The notes below the pieces were generated by a model. That model had not been told where the DNA came from and ran no database searches. It saw nothing but the letters and a program-made list of their open reading frames with translations. Source: Gemmatimonadales bacterium (GTDB taxonomy: Bacteria; Gemmatimonadota; Gemmatimonadetes; Gemmatimonadales; GWC2-71-9). Taken from it: a stretch of 43,492 nucleotides of DNA. The DNA lies in assembly GCA_038320055.1 (NCBI GenBank), contig JBBQDU010000003.1, positions 1 to 43,492 on the forward strand. Reading direction: 5' to 3'. Of this stretch, positions 25,615 to 34,661 are shown one piece after another; positions within the stretch are counted from its first letter, which is position 1, and every line of letters starts with the position of its first letter. A program made the position numbers and the translations under genes.

Positions 25615-28600
25615 GCCGTGTCCATGGGTTGAGGACCGTTGCCGGTCCGGCTGTCCCGCTCGCGCTGCACTCCCACTACCACTCCGTGCCCATCGATGTC
25701 CACCTGCTGTTCGAGATCCGGCGCGGGCGCGCGGGCACCGAGCTCGAGCTGCCGGGCGAGGGTCTCGCCGCGGATGAAGTCGGCGTGCGCGCGCACCGCC
25801 TCGAGCACCGGCGGCCCGCCGTCCATCCACACCCCGATGCGATCGGTGTAGACGTAGCCGGCCTCCTTCCGGAGCCGCTGGATCCGGTTCACGACCTCGC
25901 GCGCGGTGCCCTCGCGGCGGAGCACCTCCGTCAACGCGGGATCCAGCGCCACGACGAAGGGGCCATCGCTCGCCACGACCCAGTCGCTCGCCACTTCGCG
26001 CTCGACGACGACGTCTTCGGGCAGGAACACCGCCGGCTCGCCGTCCACATCGAGCGTCGCCTGGGTGCCCTGCTCGAGGCCGCGCAACTGGTCGGACGTG
26101 AGGCGGGCGGCGGCCTCGGCAATGCGCGGTGTCCGCTTGCCGTAGCGGCGGCCGAGCGTGCGGAAGTTGGGTCGCCCACGCAGCCGGACCAGGTCCGCGT
26201 CCGAGCCCACCACCTCGATGGCCTTGACGTTCACCTCGAGCCGAAGCAGCTCGAGCAGCTCGTCGAGGGCCGGGATCCGGACAGCAGGGGGCACCGCGAT
26301 CTGCATGCGGCCGAGCGGCTGGCGGACGGGCAGCTTTCGCTCCTGCCGCGCTCCATGGGCCAGGGAGGCAAGCCGCCGCACCGCGTCCATGGCCGTCTCC
26401 AGCGCCGGCTCCCGCCGCGACGCGGCCTCCGGGAATCGCGCCAGGTGCACCGACGATCCCGCGAGGGCCTGGTGGAGCCAGTCGCTGACGAAGGGGGCGG
26501 CCGGCGCCAGCAGGCGGCTCACGGTGACGAGCACCTCGTGCAAGGTCGCGAGCGCCGCCGGATCGGCCAGGCCGTCCACCGCCCAGAACCGGGCGCGGTT
26601 GGCCCGGACATACCACTGGGACACGTCGTCCACCACGAACTCCATGAGCGCGCGCACACCCGTGGTCGCGTCGTACTCTCCCCACGCCGCGTTCACCGCC
26701 AGGACGGTGGCATCGAGCCGGCTCAGCAGCCAGCGGTCCACCTGGGGACGCGCGGCCAGCGCGGACGCGTCACCGGGGGTCCAGTCGCCCGCGTACCCCG
26801 CGAAGAACACGTAGCTGTTCTTCAGGGCGTTCAGAAACTTGCCCGCGGCATCCTTGATGGTGGTGCGGTCGAATCGTTTCGGCAGCCAGACCTGGCTCGA
26901 GGCAAGCAGGTACAGCCGCACCGCGTCGGCGCCGTGCTGGCCGATCAGCTCCCACGGATCGACGACGTTGCCCTTGCTCTTCGACATCTTCTGGCCATCG
27001 GCATCGAGCACCAGTTCGTTGACGACGACGTGTCGGTACGCCAGGCCGTCAAAGGCCGTGGCGGCGATGGCGAGGAGCGAGTAGAACCACCCGCGCGTCT
27101 GGTCCACGCCTTCGCAGATGAAGTCGGCCGGGAAATGCGCGGCGAGCTCGGCCTCGTGCTCGAACGGATAGTGCCATTGCGCGTAGGGCATGGAACCGCT
27201 GTCGAACCAGGTGTCGATCACCTCCGGTGCCCGGTGCTTGAGGCCGCCGCACTCGCACGGCCACGCGTAGGTGTCGATGAACGGCTTGTGCGGGTCGAAT
27301 CCCGCGGGCAGCGGCTGGCCCCATCGCTCCGCGAGCTCCGCGTAGCTGCCCACGACATCCACGTGCGCGGGGTCGCGGTCGCAGATCCAGACGGGCAGCG
27401 GGGTGCCCCAGTACCGGTCGCGCGAGAGCGCCCAGTCCACGTTGTTCTCCAGCCACTCGCCGAACCGCCCCGCGCCCACTTCCGGCGGGTGCCAGGCCAC
27501 CTGGCCGTTGAGCTCCAGCATCCGCGCTTTGACCGCCGTGGTGCGGACGAACCAGCTATCGCGCGCGTAGTAGATCAGCGGGCTCGAGCACCGCCAGCAG
27601 TGGGGGTAGGTGTGCGTATGCGGCGCCGTCAGGTGCCAGCGGCCGTCGTGCTTGAGCCGCTGGAGAATGAGATCGTTGGTCTCGCGCGCCGTGACGAGCC
27701 GGCCTTCGATCTCGGGCCAGCTGGTGCCGATGAAGGTACCGTCGGCCGCGACCGGCCGGACCAGCGCCAGGTCGTGATCGAGGCCGGCCTGGAAGTCGTC
27801 CGCCCCGAACGCCGGCGCCAGGTGCACGAGACCGGACCCGTCCGCGGCGGTGACGAACTCGCCCAGGACCACGACGCGGGAGGTCCGGTCGTCCGGTAGC
27901 GACACCACCTCGAGCGGGCGCCGGTAGGCCAGCCCGGCCAGCTCCCGACCCACGAAGGTGCGTTGCGCGCCGAGCTCCGCGAAGGTGGGCGCCCCCTTGG
28001 CGGAGCTGCTCGGGAGCGTGGCTGCCCGCGCGGTCGCCAGGATCAGGCGGCGATCGTCCACCTGATACTCGCCATACTCGAGATCGGGGTGGGCCGCCAC
28101 CGCCACGTTGGACAGCAGCGTCCACGGCGTCGTCGTCCAGATCACGAGCTGTCGCGACGGATCCTCGGCGAGCGGAAAGGTCACGTACACCGAATTGGTG
28201 GTGACCTCGTCGTACCCGAGCGCCAGCTCGTGACTCGAGAGGACCGTGCCGCAGCGCGGGCAGTACGGGAGCACCCGGTGGCCACGGTAGAGCAGATCGC
28301 GCTGGTGCAGTCTGCGGAGCAGCCACCACACTGTCTCGATGTAGTCGTTGCTGCAGGTGACGTACGGATGCTCGTAATCGAGCCAGTAGCCGATCCGGTC
28401 GGACAGCGTCTCCCAGTCGGCCTGGTACTTGAACACGCTCTTCCGCGCGCGGGCGTTGAACTCCTCCACGCCGAAATTCTCGATGTCCCGCTTGCCCCCC
28501 GTGAGCTGGAGCTCCTTCTCGACCTCGATCTCCACCGGAAGTCCGTGGGTGTCCCAGCCGGCGATCCGCGTGACCTCCTGCCCCAGCATCGCGTGATAGC

Positions 28601-28808
28601 GACAGACGAGGTCCTTGATCGTCCGGGAGAAGACGTGGTGGATGCCCGGCCGCCCGTTGGCAGTCGGCGGCCCCTCGTAGAACACGAAGGGCGTACCGCC
28701 CCGGCCGGCCGCCATCGTCTGCCGGAACAGCCCGTCGGCCTTCCACTGGGCCAGCTGCCGCTGCTCCAGTTGATCGGGGCCGAGCTCGGGCCAGGACGGG
28801 AACGGCAT
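25611..28808 (-). CDS. ileS: Isoleucine--tRNA ligase, type 2
   Basis: EGPPTANGRPGIHH, GWDTHGLP, WTTTPWTL, DWALSRDRYWG, DQTRGWF, KMSKS; type-2-like C-terminus AREVVNRIQRLRK. Confidence 0.97.
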   Translation of the reverse strand: MPFPSWPELGPDQLEQRQLAQWKADGLFRQTMAAGRGGTPFVFYEGPPTANGRPGIHHVFSRTIKDLVCRYHAMLGQEVTRIAGWDTHGLPVEIEVEKELQLTGGKRDIENFGVEEFNARARKSVFKYQADWETLSDRIGYWLDYEHPYVTCSNDYIETVWWLLRRLHQRDLLYRGHRVLPYCPRCGTVLSSHELALGYDEVTTNSVYVTFPLAEDPSRQLVIWTTTPWTLLSNVAVAAHPDLEYGEYQVDDRRLILATARAATLPSSSAKGAPTFAELGAQRTFVGRELAGLAYRRPLEVVSLPDDRTSRVVVLGEFVTAADGSGLVHLAPAFGADDFQAGLDHDLALVRPVAADGTFIGTSWPEIEGRLVTARETNDLILQRLKHDGRWHLTAPHTHTYPHCWRCSSPLIYYARDSWFVRTTAVKARMLELNGQVAWHPPEVGAGRFGEWLENNVDWALSRDRYWGTPLPVWICDRDPAHVDVVGSYAELAERWGQPLPAGFDPHKPFIDTYAWPCECGGLKHRAPEVIDTWFDSGSMPYAQWHYPFEHEAELAAHFPADFICEGVDQTRGWFYSLLAIAATAFDGLAYRHVVVNELVLDADGQKMSKSKGNVVDPWELIGQHGADAVRLYLLASSQVWLPKRFDRTTIKDAAGKFLNALKNSYVFFAGYAGDWTPGDASALAARPQVDRWLLSRLDATVLAVNAAWGEYDATTGVRALMEFVVDDVSQWYVRANRARFWAVDGLADPAALATLHEVLVTVSRLLAPAAPFVSDWLHQALAGSSVHLARFPEAASRREPALETAMDAVRRLASLAHGARQERKLPVRQPLGRMQIAVPPAVRIPALDELLELLRLEVNVKAIEVVGSDADLVRLRGRPNFRTLGRRYGKRTPRIAEAAARLTSDQLRGLEQGTQATLDVDGEPAVFLPEDVVVEREVASDWVVASDGPFVVALDPALTEVLRREGTAREVVNRIQRLRKEAGYVYTDRIGVWMDGGPPVLEAVRAHADFIRGETLARQLELGARAPAPDLEQQVDIDGHGVVVGVQRERDSRTGNGPQPMDTA

Positions 28809-29641
28809 CAGGCCAGGCGCTCGACCAGCGTGGTGACGAGCCGGGTCAGCGACGGCTCCGCGCGTCCCGCGGTCGCGATGATCCTGGTGATGTCGGCCGG
28901 CTCCAGGGCGTCCGGAAGGCACTGGTCGGTGATGATCGAGATCCCCACGGTGCGCATGCCCTGGTGTCCCGCGACGATCACCTCGGGCACGGTGGACATT
29001 CCGACCACGTCCGCGCCGAGCGCGCGAAGCATCCGGTACTCGGCCCGCGTCTCGAGGTTCGGCCCCGGCACCGCGGCGTACACGCCCTCGCGCAGCACGA
29101 TGCCCAGCTCCAGCGCGATGGCGCGGGCGCGGGCCCGAAGCTCCGGATCGTACGGCGCCGACATGTCCGGGAAGCGGGAGCCGAGACGTTCGTCATTGGG
29201 GCCGACGAGCGGATTGTCGCCGAGCAGATTGATGTGATCGCTGAGCAGCACGAGGTCGCCGGGCCCCCACAGCGGGTTCATGCCGCCGCAGGCATTCGAG
29301 ACCACGAGCGTGCGGGCGCCCAGCGCGTGCAGGACCCGGACCGGGAAGGTGATCTGCTGCAGGTCGTAGCCTTCGTAGCGATGGAAGCGGCCCTGCATGG
29401 CGACGACCGGCCGCCCGCCCAATCGGCCCAGCAGCAGCTTGCCCGCGTGCGTCTCGACCGTGGAGAGAGGAAAGCCCGGGATCTCGCCGTAGGGGACCTC
29501 CGCCTCCACGGCGATCTCGCGAGCCAGACCCCCGAGGCCCGTGCCCAGGACGATGCCGACCTCCGGCACGAGAGCGCTCCGGCCGCGCACCGCGTCGGCG
29601 GCCGTCGCGATGCGGTCGTACAGCGGCGGCGTCACGGTCAT
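28808..29641 (-). CDS. punA: Purine nucleoside phosphorylase (trimeric PunA/XapA type)
   Basis: GIVLGTGLG, QGRFHRYEG, SNACGG, GPNLETRAE, VGMSTVPE. Confidence 0.93.
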   Translation of the reverse strand: MTVTPPLYDRIATAADAVRGRSALVPEVGIVLGTGLGGLAREIAVEAEVPYGEIPGFPLSTVETHAGKLLLGRLGGRPVVAMQGRFHRYEGYDLQQITFPVRVLHALGARTLVVSNACGGMNPLWGPGDLVLLSDHINLLGDNPLVGPNDERLGSRFPDMSAPYDPELRARARAIALELGIVLREGVYAAVPGPNLETRAEYRMLRALGADVVGMSTVPEVIVAGHQGMRTVGISIITDQCLPDALEPADITRIIATAGRAEPSLTRLVTTLVERLA

Positions 29642-30324
29642 CCTCGCTCCCCGAACAGGATGGTTCCCAATCGGATCATCGTGGCCCCCTCTTCGACCGC
29701 GATGGGGAAGTCGCCCGACATCCCCATGGACAACTCCGGCAGCCGGTGGCCCGCACGCTCGCCGGCGTCGCGCAGGTCGCGCAGGCGACGGAAGGCGCGG
29801 CGCTGCTCCGCCTCGTCCCCGGTAAGGCTGCTCATCGTCATCAGTCCTGCCACCTCGAGCCGGGACAAGGCAGCCAGAGCGTCGAGCAGCGCCGACAGCT
29901 CTTCGGGCCCGACGCCGCCCTTCTGGGGTTCGTCGCTGCAGTTCACCTGCACCAACACACTCTGGCGCTTGTGGTCGGCCGGCAGCCGGCGGTCCAGCTC
30001 AACCGCGAGGTCGGCCCGATCGACGGAATGGATTACCGCGAAATGGCCGGCCGCGTGACGCGCCTTGTTCCGCTGCAGGGTGCCGATCAGGTGCCACGCG
30101 ACCGGCACGCCGGCCAGCGCCTCCTGCTTCTGCAACGCCTCCTGGACCCGGTTCTCCCCCACATCGGTGAGGCCGGCGGCGAGTGCGGCCCGGACCGCCT
30201 CGGCACCATGGGTCTTGGTGACGGCGACGATCCGTACCGGATGGGTCCAGCCGCCGACCGCCTGGTGTCTGGCCACAGTCTCCTGCACCCGGGCGAGACT
30301 GCCGGGAAGGTCCTGGAAGTCCAT
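29638..30324 (-). CDS. yggS: PLP homeostasis protein YggS
   Basis: From ATG 30324: VAVTKT, GENRVQE, WHLIGTLQRNK, GLMTM, LSMGMSGD, GATMIRLGT. Confidence 0.95.
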   Translation of the reverse strand: MDFQDLPGSLARVQETVARHQAVGGWTHPVRIVAVTKTHGAEAVRAALAAGLTDVGENRVQEALQKQEALAGVPVAWHLIGTLQRNKARHAAGHFAVIHSVDRADLAVELDRRLPADHKRQSVLVQVNCSDEPQKGGVGPEELSALLDALAALSRLEVAGLMTMSSLTGDEAEQRRAFRRLRDLRDAGERAGHRLPELSMGMSGDFPIAVEEGATMIRLGTILFGERG

Positions 30325-30332
30325 AGCCTTGG

Positions 30333-30338
30333 AATTTA
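30333..30338 (-). promoter_or_regulatory. Putative -10 element (TAAATT) 8 nt before yggS ATG
   Basis: AT-rich hexamer in the 55-nt gap; no Shine-Dalgarno between it and the ATG. Confidence 0.5.
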
Positions 30339-30379
30339 CTTGAAGTTGGGCGGTTCTTGCAGGGGAAGAGGCCGGCCGA

Positions 30380-32737
30380 TCAGGGGGATGCTGAGGGGCC
30401 CGGGGCGGCATCGAGGGCGGCCTCGTCTCGCACGCTTTGAAGGGCCGCGCGCAGATCGGGGTTGGGCGAGAGGCGGGTGGCCAAGTCGAGCGCCCGCTCC
30501 ATCCCGGGACGGTCCGCTCGTCCGGCGAACGCGTAGACCAGCAGCGCCGGGGGGAGCCCCAGCGTGGTCGCGACGCTCCGGCTCGTGGGCTCCAGCGCCT
30601 CGGACGCGGGCCCGCGGTCCAGCAGCCCGGCGTAGCGATAGGTATCCAGCACCAGGCGCGACGTGGTGGGCACGTCGAGCGGGATGCCGCCGAGACGGCG
30701 ATCGAGCGACGGCGAGGACGAGTCCGGCCGCTCGGTGAGCAGCTCGAAGCCGAGGCCGCGCTGAACGACGAACTCGCCCAGCCCGCCGAACGACCGGCCG
30801 GCGGTCGCAGCCCAGACGATGGGACGCCGGCCGAGATTCTGCTGGATGATGCCGAGCGTCAGGATATCGTTGGGGTAGAGCACCGTGCCCTCGGTGAGCG
30901 TTCGCGTCAGCGGGCCCAACGCCACTTCCTGGCGGCTACGAACCAGGTAGCCCGCCATCGCGGAGGCGATCATCGCATCGCTCATCGCGTGGACCGGTCC
31001 GGCGGGCGCGGGCAGGATCCGGTCGCGCCACACCGGGGGCAGCGAAGCGACGTCGAGCGGCCGGGTCGGCAGGTCGCGGAGCTGGCGCATGTACCAGTCG
31101 GTGTTGGCCAGCGCCAGGCAGACGACGGTCACGTCGCGGCGGATCCCCGCCACCTCCTGCGCCCACCAGAGCGGAAAGGTGTCGTTGTCGCCGTACGTGA
31201 AGAGGATGCCGTAGGGCGGCGTGCTATTCAGCAGATCGTACGCGAAATCAGCCGCCAGGCGCGCGTCGGCGCCGTGGCGGCGCGAGGCCCAGGTCCAGTT
31301 GAGAGCCACCGGCACGACCGCCAGCGCGAGCACGGCCGGCGCCATCCGCGCGCGCCAGCCACCGCGCGCCAGCGCCGCTCGCACCAGCGACCCCAGCCCC
31401 ACGCCGGCCCAGATGCCCCACGCGATGAAGCTGACCACGAAGAAGTAATCGCGCTCCCGGACCTCGTGGTCGGACGGCTCGGGCCAGACGTCGAACCAGC
31501 GCGCGTAACCCGGACGGAAGTTCATGTAGGCGACGAGGCCAAGGCCCGTCACCAGCCAGAGCAGGAACATGAGCCACCACGTCGCCCGGTCCGAGTTCCG
31601 CTGGGCGAACAGGCCGCGGAGACCGAGGGAGGCAAAGAGGAGCGTCACCGGGGTGCGGAGCGGCAACGGACCGATGGTCCCGCCGAGCGACCGGGCCCAC
31701 TGCCAATCGAACCACACGGCGTAGTCGCCGAGCTGGGCGAGGACGAGCGAGAGCGAGCGGCCCGGGTTGCCGAGACCGGAGCGCAGGGTCGGGTCGTCGA
31801 ACGGTGTACGCGGGGGGTACTGGGCCCGCCGAATCACGGCCAGCAGTGCGTCGAAGGTGGCCGGCGCCGCCTCGTTGATCGGCGGATGCTGAGCGGAGCG
31901 GATGTAGAGGTAGAGATACGGCGTTACGCCGACGGCGGCCACGAGCAGGCAGGCCAGGGCAAACATCCCCGCCCCGCCCCGCGCGGCCCAGACGGCGGCG
32001 ATGAGGAAACAGCATCCTCCCAGCGCCCCGAGGGTCGTGCTCCCGAGCCCGACGCCGACGAGCAGCGCCCAGATTCCGGCGACGACCGCCGCCTGGCTCC
32101 ATTCTATCCGGCGCACGGTGGCGTCGGCGGCCGGTTCGCGTCGAAGCGTAACCACCAGAAAGGCGACCAGCGCCGGACCCGCGAGCAGCGCCAGCAAGTG
32201 GTTCCCGATCGAGACTCCCGCCAGATAGACCACCAGCAGCAGCAAGCGCCCGGCTCGCGCCTCGGCGCGGCGCCGGCGCCACACCATCATCAGCCACGCC
32301 ATCGCCGCGATGGAGAACGTGGCGACCGCGTAGACCTCGGTTTCGTTGGAGTTCTGCCAGTTGGTGAACGTGAAGGCGCCGAGCAGCGCGCCGCCCGTGG
32401 CCGCGCCGAGCCGGAGCCCGGGCTCGAACTCCCGCAGGGATTCGTGGGTCACGAGAAAGAAGCCACCGGCCCCCGCGGCGCTGAACAGCGCGCTGAGGAG
32501 GTTGGTCCGCACGGCGAACTCGCCGACCGGCAATAGCAATCCCCACACGTGCGCGATCATGACGAACAGCGGCGTCCCCGGCGGGTGCGGAATGCCGAGC
32601 ACCCGGGCCGCGGTGATGAACTCGCCCGCGTCCCAGAACGTCACGCTCGGCGCCAGCGTCAGGACGTAGCCCGCCAGCACGGCGAGGGTCACCAGCGCCG
32701 CCGCCCGGTAGGGCGGCGCGGGCGCCGGCTCGATCAT
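30380..32737 (-). CDS. DUF2723 polytopic membrane protein (TMEM260-like, GT-C fold)
   Basis: From ATG 32737: TLAPSVTFWDAGEF, LGIPHPPGTPLF, ETEVYA, RERDYFF, FTYGDNDTFPLW; many TM helices. Confidence 0.88.
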   Translation of the reverse strand: MIEPAPAPPYRAAALVTLAVLAGYVLTLAPSVTFWDAGEFITAARVLGIPHPPGTPLFVMIAHVWGLLLPVGEFAVRTNLLSALFSAAGAGGFFLVTHESLREFEPGLRLGAATGGALLGAFTFTNWQNSNETEVYAVATFSIAAMAWLMMVWRRRRAEARAGRLLLLVVYLAGVSIGNHLLALLAGPALVAFLVVTLRREPAADATVRRIEWSQAAVVAGIWALLVGVGLGSTTLGALGGCCFLIAAVWAARGGAGMFALACLLVAAVGVTPYLYLYIRSAQHPPINEAAPATFDALLAVIRRAQYPPRTPFDDPTLRSGLGNPGRSLSLVLAQLGDYAVWFDWQWARSLGGTIGPLPLRTPVTLLFASLGLRGLFAQRNSDRATWWLMFLLWLVTGLGLVAYMNFRPGYARWFDVWPEPSDHEVRERDYFFVVSFIAWGIWAGVGLGSLVRAALARGGWRARMAPAVLALAVVPVALNWTWASRRHGADARLAADFAYDLLNSTPPYGILFTYGDNDTFPLWWAQEVAGIRRDVTVVCLALANTDWYMRQLRDLPTRPLDVASLPPVWRDRILPAPAGPVHAMSDAMIASAMAGYLVRSRQEVALGPLTRTLTEGTVLYPNDILTLGIIQQNLGRRPIVWAATAGRSFGGLGEFVVQRGLGFELLTERPDSSSPSLDRRLGGIPLDVPTTSRLVLDTYRYAGLLDRGPASEALEPTSRSVATTLGLPPALLVYAFAGRADRPGMERALDLATRLSPNPDLRAALQSVRDEAALDAAPGPSASP

Positions 32738-33492
32738 CCCGGCGGCCACGCCAGCACGTCGGCGACGTCGGCGGCGGTGAGCCCCCGCCTGAGTCCGCCC
32801 GCCCGCGCCAGGGACACGATAGCGCTCTCCTCCGACACCACCAGCACTAAGGCGTCGGTTTCCTCGGAGAGCCCGAGGGCCGCACGGTGGCGGGTGCCGA
32901 GTGAGCGGTCGGCGACGGGATTCTGGGTGAGCGGCAGGATGCACCCCGCGCCGACGATCTCCTCGCCTCGGACCAGGACCGCGCCGTCATGCAGCGGCGA
33001 GTACGGACTGAAGATCGTGGCCAGCAGATCGGCCGATATCGTCGCCCGCATGGCGGTCCCCGACTCCAGGTAGGCGTCGAGCCGGACCTCGCGCTCGACG
33101 GCGATAATGGCACCGGTGGCGGTTCGGCTCAGTCGCTCGACCGCCTTGCCGATCTCTTCGGCGACCGCGCGGCCGGGGCCTACGCCGAAAAGACGGAACG
33201 CGGGGGTCTGGCCCAGTCGCGCCAGCGCCTGGCGCAGCTCGGGCTGAAACACCACCAGCGCCGCGAACACCCCGTAGGTGAAGACGACGCCGAGCAGGTA
33301 GGTGATCATGGAGAGCTTGAGCAGGAACGCCCCGAGGTAGATCACGGCCAGCACCAGCAGGCCGAAGACGATCTGGAGAGCGCGCGTCCCGACGAGAAAG
33401 CGCAGGAGCGAGTAGATGACGTAAGCGACGATCAGAATCTCGAGCAGGTCCCGCCAGCCCGGCGTGGGGAACGGCAGCTGCTCGAGCGACAC
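32734..33492 (-). CDS. cdaA: Diadenylate cyclase CdaA/DacA
   Basis: Three N-terminal TMs; VVFQPELR; PLHDGA; LGTRHRAALG; VVSEE. Confidence 0.95.
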   Translation of the reverse strand: MSLEQLPFPTPGWRDLLEILIVAYVIYSLLRFLVGTRALQIVFGLLVLAVIYLGAFLLKLSMITYLLGVVFTYGVFAALVVFQPELRQALARLGQTPAFRLFGVGPGRAVAEEIGKAVERLSRTATGAIIAVEREVRLDAYLESGTAMRATISADLLATIFSPYSPLHDGAVLVRGEEIVGAGCILPLTQNPVADRSLGTRHRAALGLSEETDALVLVVSEESAIVSLARAGGLRRGLTAADVADVLAWPPG

Positions 33493-34661
33493 TACGGACC
33501 TCCGAAGGCCTGCGCCAGGGTCAGGGCGTCACGCGTGGACGCCGCATCGTGCACACGAAACAGGCGGGCGCCCCGCTCCCACGCCAGCGCGCAGGCGGTG
33601 GCAGTAGCCTGGTCGCGCGCCTCGAGCGGCTGTCCCGTGACGGCGCCGAGAAATCGTTTGCGGGACGGACCGACCAGCACCGGGCGGCCGAGGGCCTGGA
33701 GGGCGTCGAGCTGATCGAACACCAAGATATTTTGCTCGACGGTCTTGGAGAAGCCGAAGCCGGGATCGACGACGGTGGCGCCGGGAGCCACCCCGGCTGC
33801 GCCCGCCTGGTCGAGGGCGGTTCGCAGCTCCGCGACCACCTCGCCCACGACGTCGGCATAGGTGGCGTGCTCATAGGAGGCGATCTCGAGCAGGGCCCCG
33901 CGCGAGTGCATCAGGATGAGACCCGCCCCGGCCTCGGCCACGACGGCACCGAGGGCCGGATCCAGCCGAAGCCCCGACACGTCGTTGATCGCGGCGGCCC
34001 CCGCGCCCAGCACGGCGCGCGCCACCTCCGACTTGACGGTGTCCACCGTCAGCACGAGGGAGGGATGCCGGCCGACGAGTGCTTCCACCACCGGCAGCAC
34101 GCGCGCGAGCTCGACGTTCGCGGGCACGGGCTCGAGGCGGCCCGGCCGCGTGGATTCGCCGCCGACATCGAGCATGGTGGCCTCCGCCTCGAGCAGCAAG
34201 TCGGCGTGCGCCAGCGCCGCGTCGACACCGGTGTAGCGGCCGCCGTCGCTGAAGCTGTCGGGCGTTATGTTGAGGATGCCGAGAATGATGGGCCGATCCA
34301 GCACTACCGGTCCGCGCGCCGTCTCCCACACCGGCGGCGCGTCGGCGGGCATCGCCAGACCGACATCGATCGCCACCTGGGCGAGCACCGGCGGGACCAG
34401 CCACGGACGGGCGAAGGCGCTCAGGCGTGAGCGGCTCCCGGCCATGATGGCCCAGCCGTCGCCGGTCACCACTTCCAGCCCGAGCGACCCCGACAGCCGG
34501 ACCAGGGCCTCGAGGGTGTCCTGGTCCAGTCCGGTCAGATGGAATGCGAGGGGATGAATGCCGCTCGACGCGGCCGCCGCCTGTCCGTCGTCCCACCCGT
34601 GCGCGCGGAGCCGGTCCCGCACCGCGCGCGCCGAGTGGACCGCCAGCGGCGTGACACTCAC
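33492..34661 (-). CDS. folP: Dihydropteroate synthase with N-terminal extension
   Basis: GTG 34661 (GTGA overlap with ftsH); GILNITPDSFSDGG, GGESTRPG, INDVSG, DPGFGF, GPSRKRF, FRVHD. Confidence 0.93.
   Translation of the reverse strand: MSVTPLAVHSARAVRDRLRAHGWDDGQAAAASSGIHPLAFHLTGLDQDTLEALVRLSGSLGLEVVTGDGWAIMAGSRSRLSAFARPWLVPPVLAQVAIDVGLAMPADAPPVWETARGPVVLDRPIILGILNITPDSFSDGGRYTGVDAALAHADLLLEAEATMLDVGGESTRPGRLEPVPANVELARVLPVVEALVGRHPSLVLTVDTVKSEVARAVLGAGAAAINDVSGLRLDPALGAVVAEAGAGLILMHSRGALLEIASYEHATYADVVGEVVAELRTALDQAGAAGVAPGATVVDPGFGFSKTVEQNILVFDQLDALQALGRPVLVGPSRKRFLGAVTGQPLEARDQATATACALAWERGARLFRVHDAASTRDALTLAQAFGGP

Noticed and set aside
28808-28922. T-box leader or extended N-terminus for ileS
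   Set aside because: ileS starts at a 1-nt overlap with the PNP stop; the upstream sequence is PNP coding DNA.
29638-29641. A divIVA or sepF gene between yggS and PNP
   Set aside because: The two genes overlap (ATGA), so there is no room; the absence cannot be interpreted without the rest of the genome.
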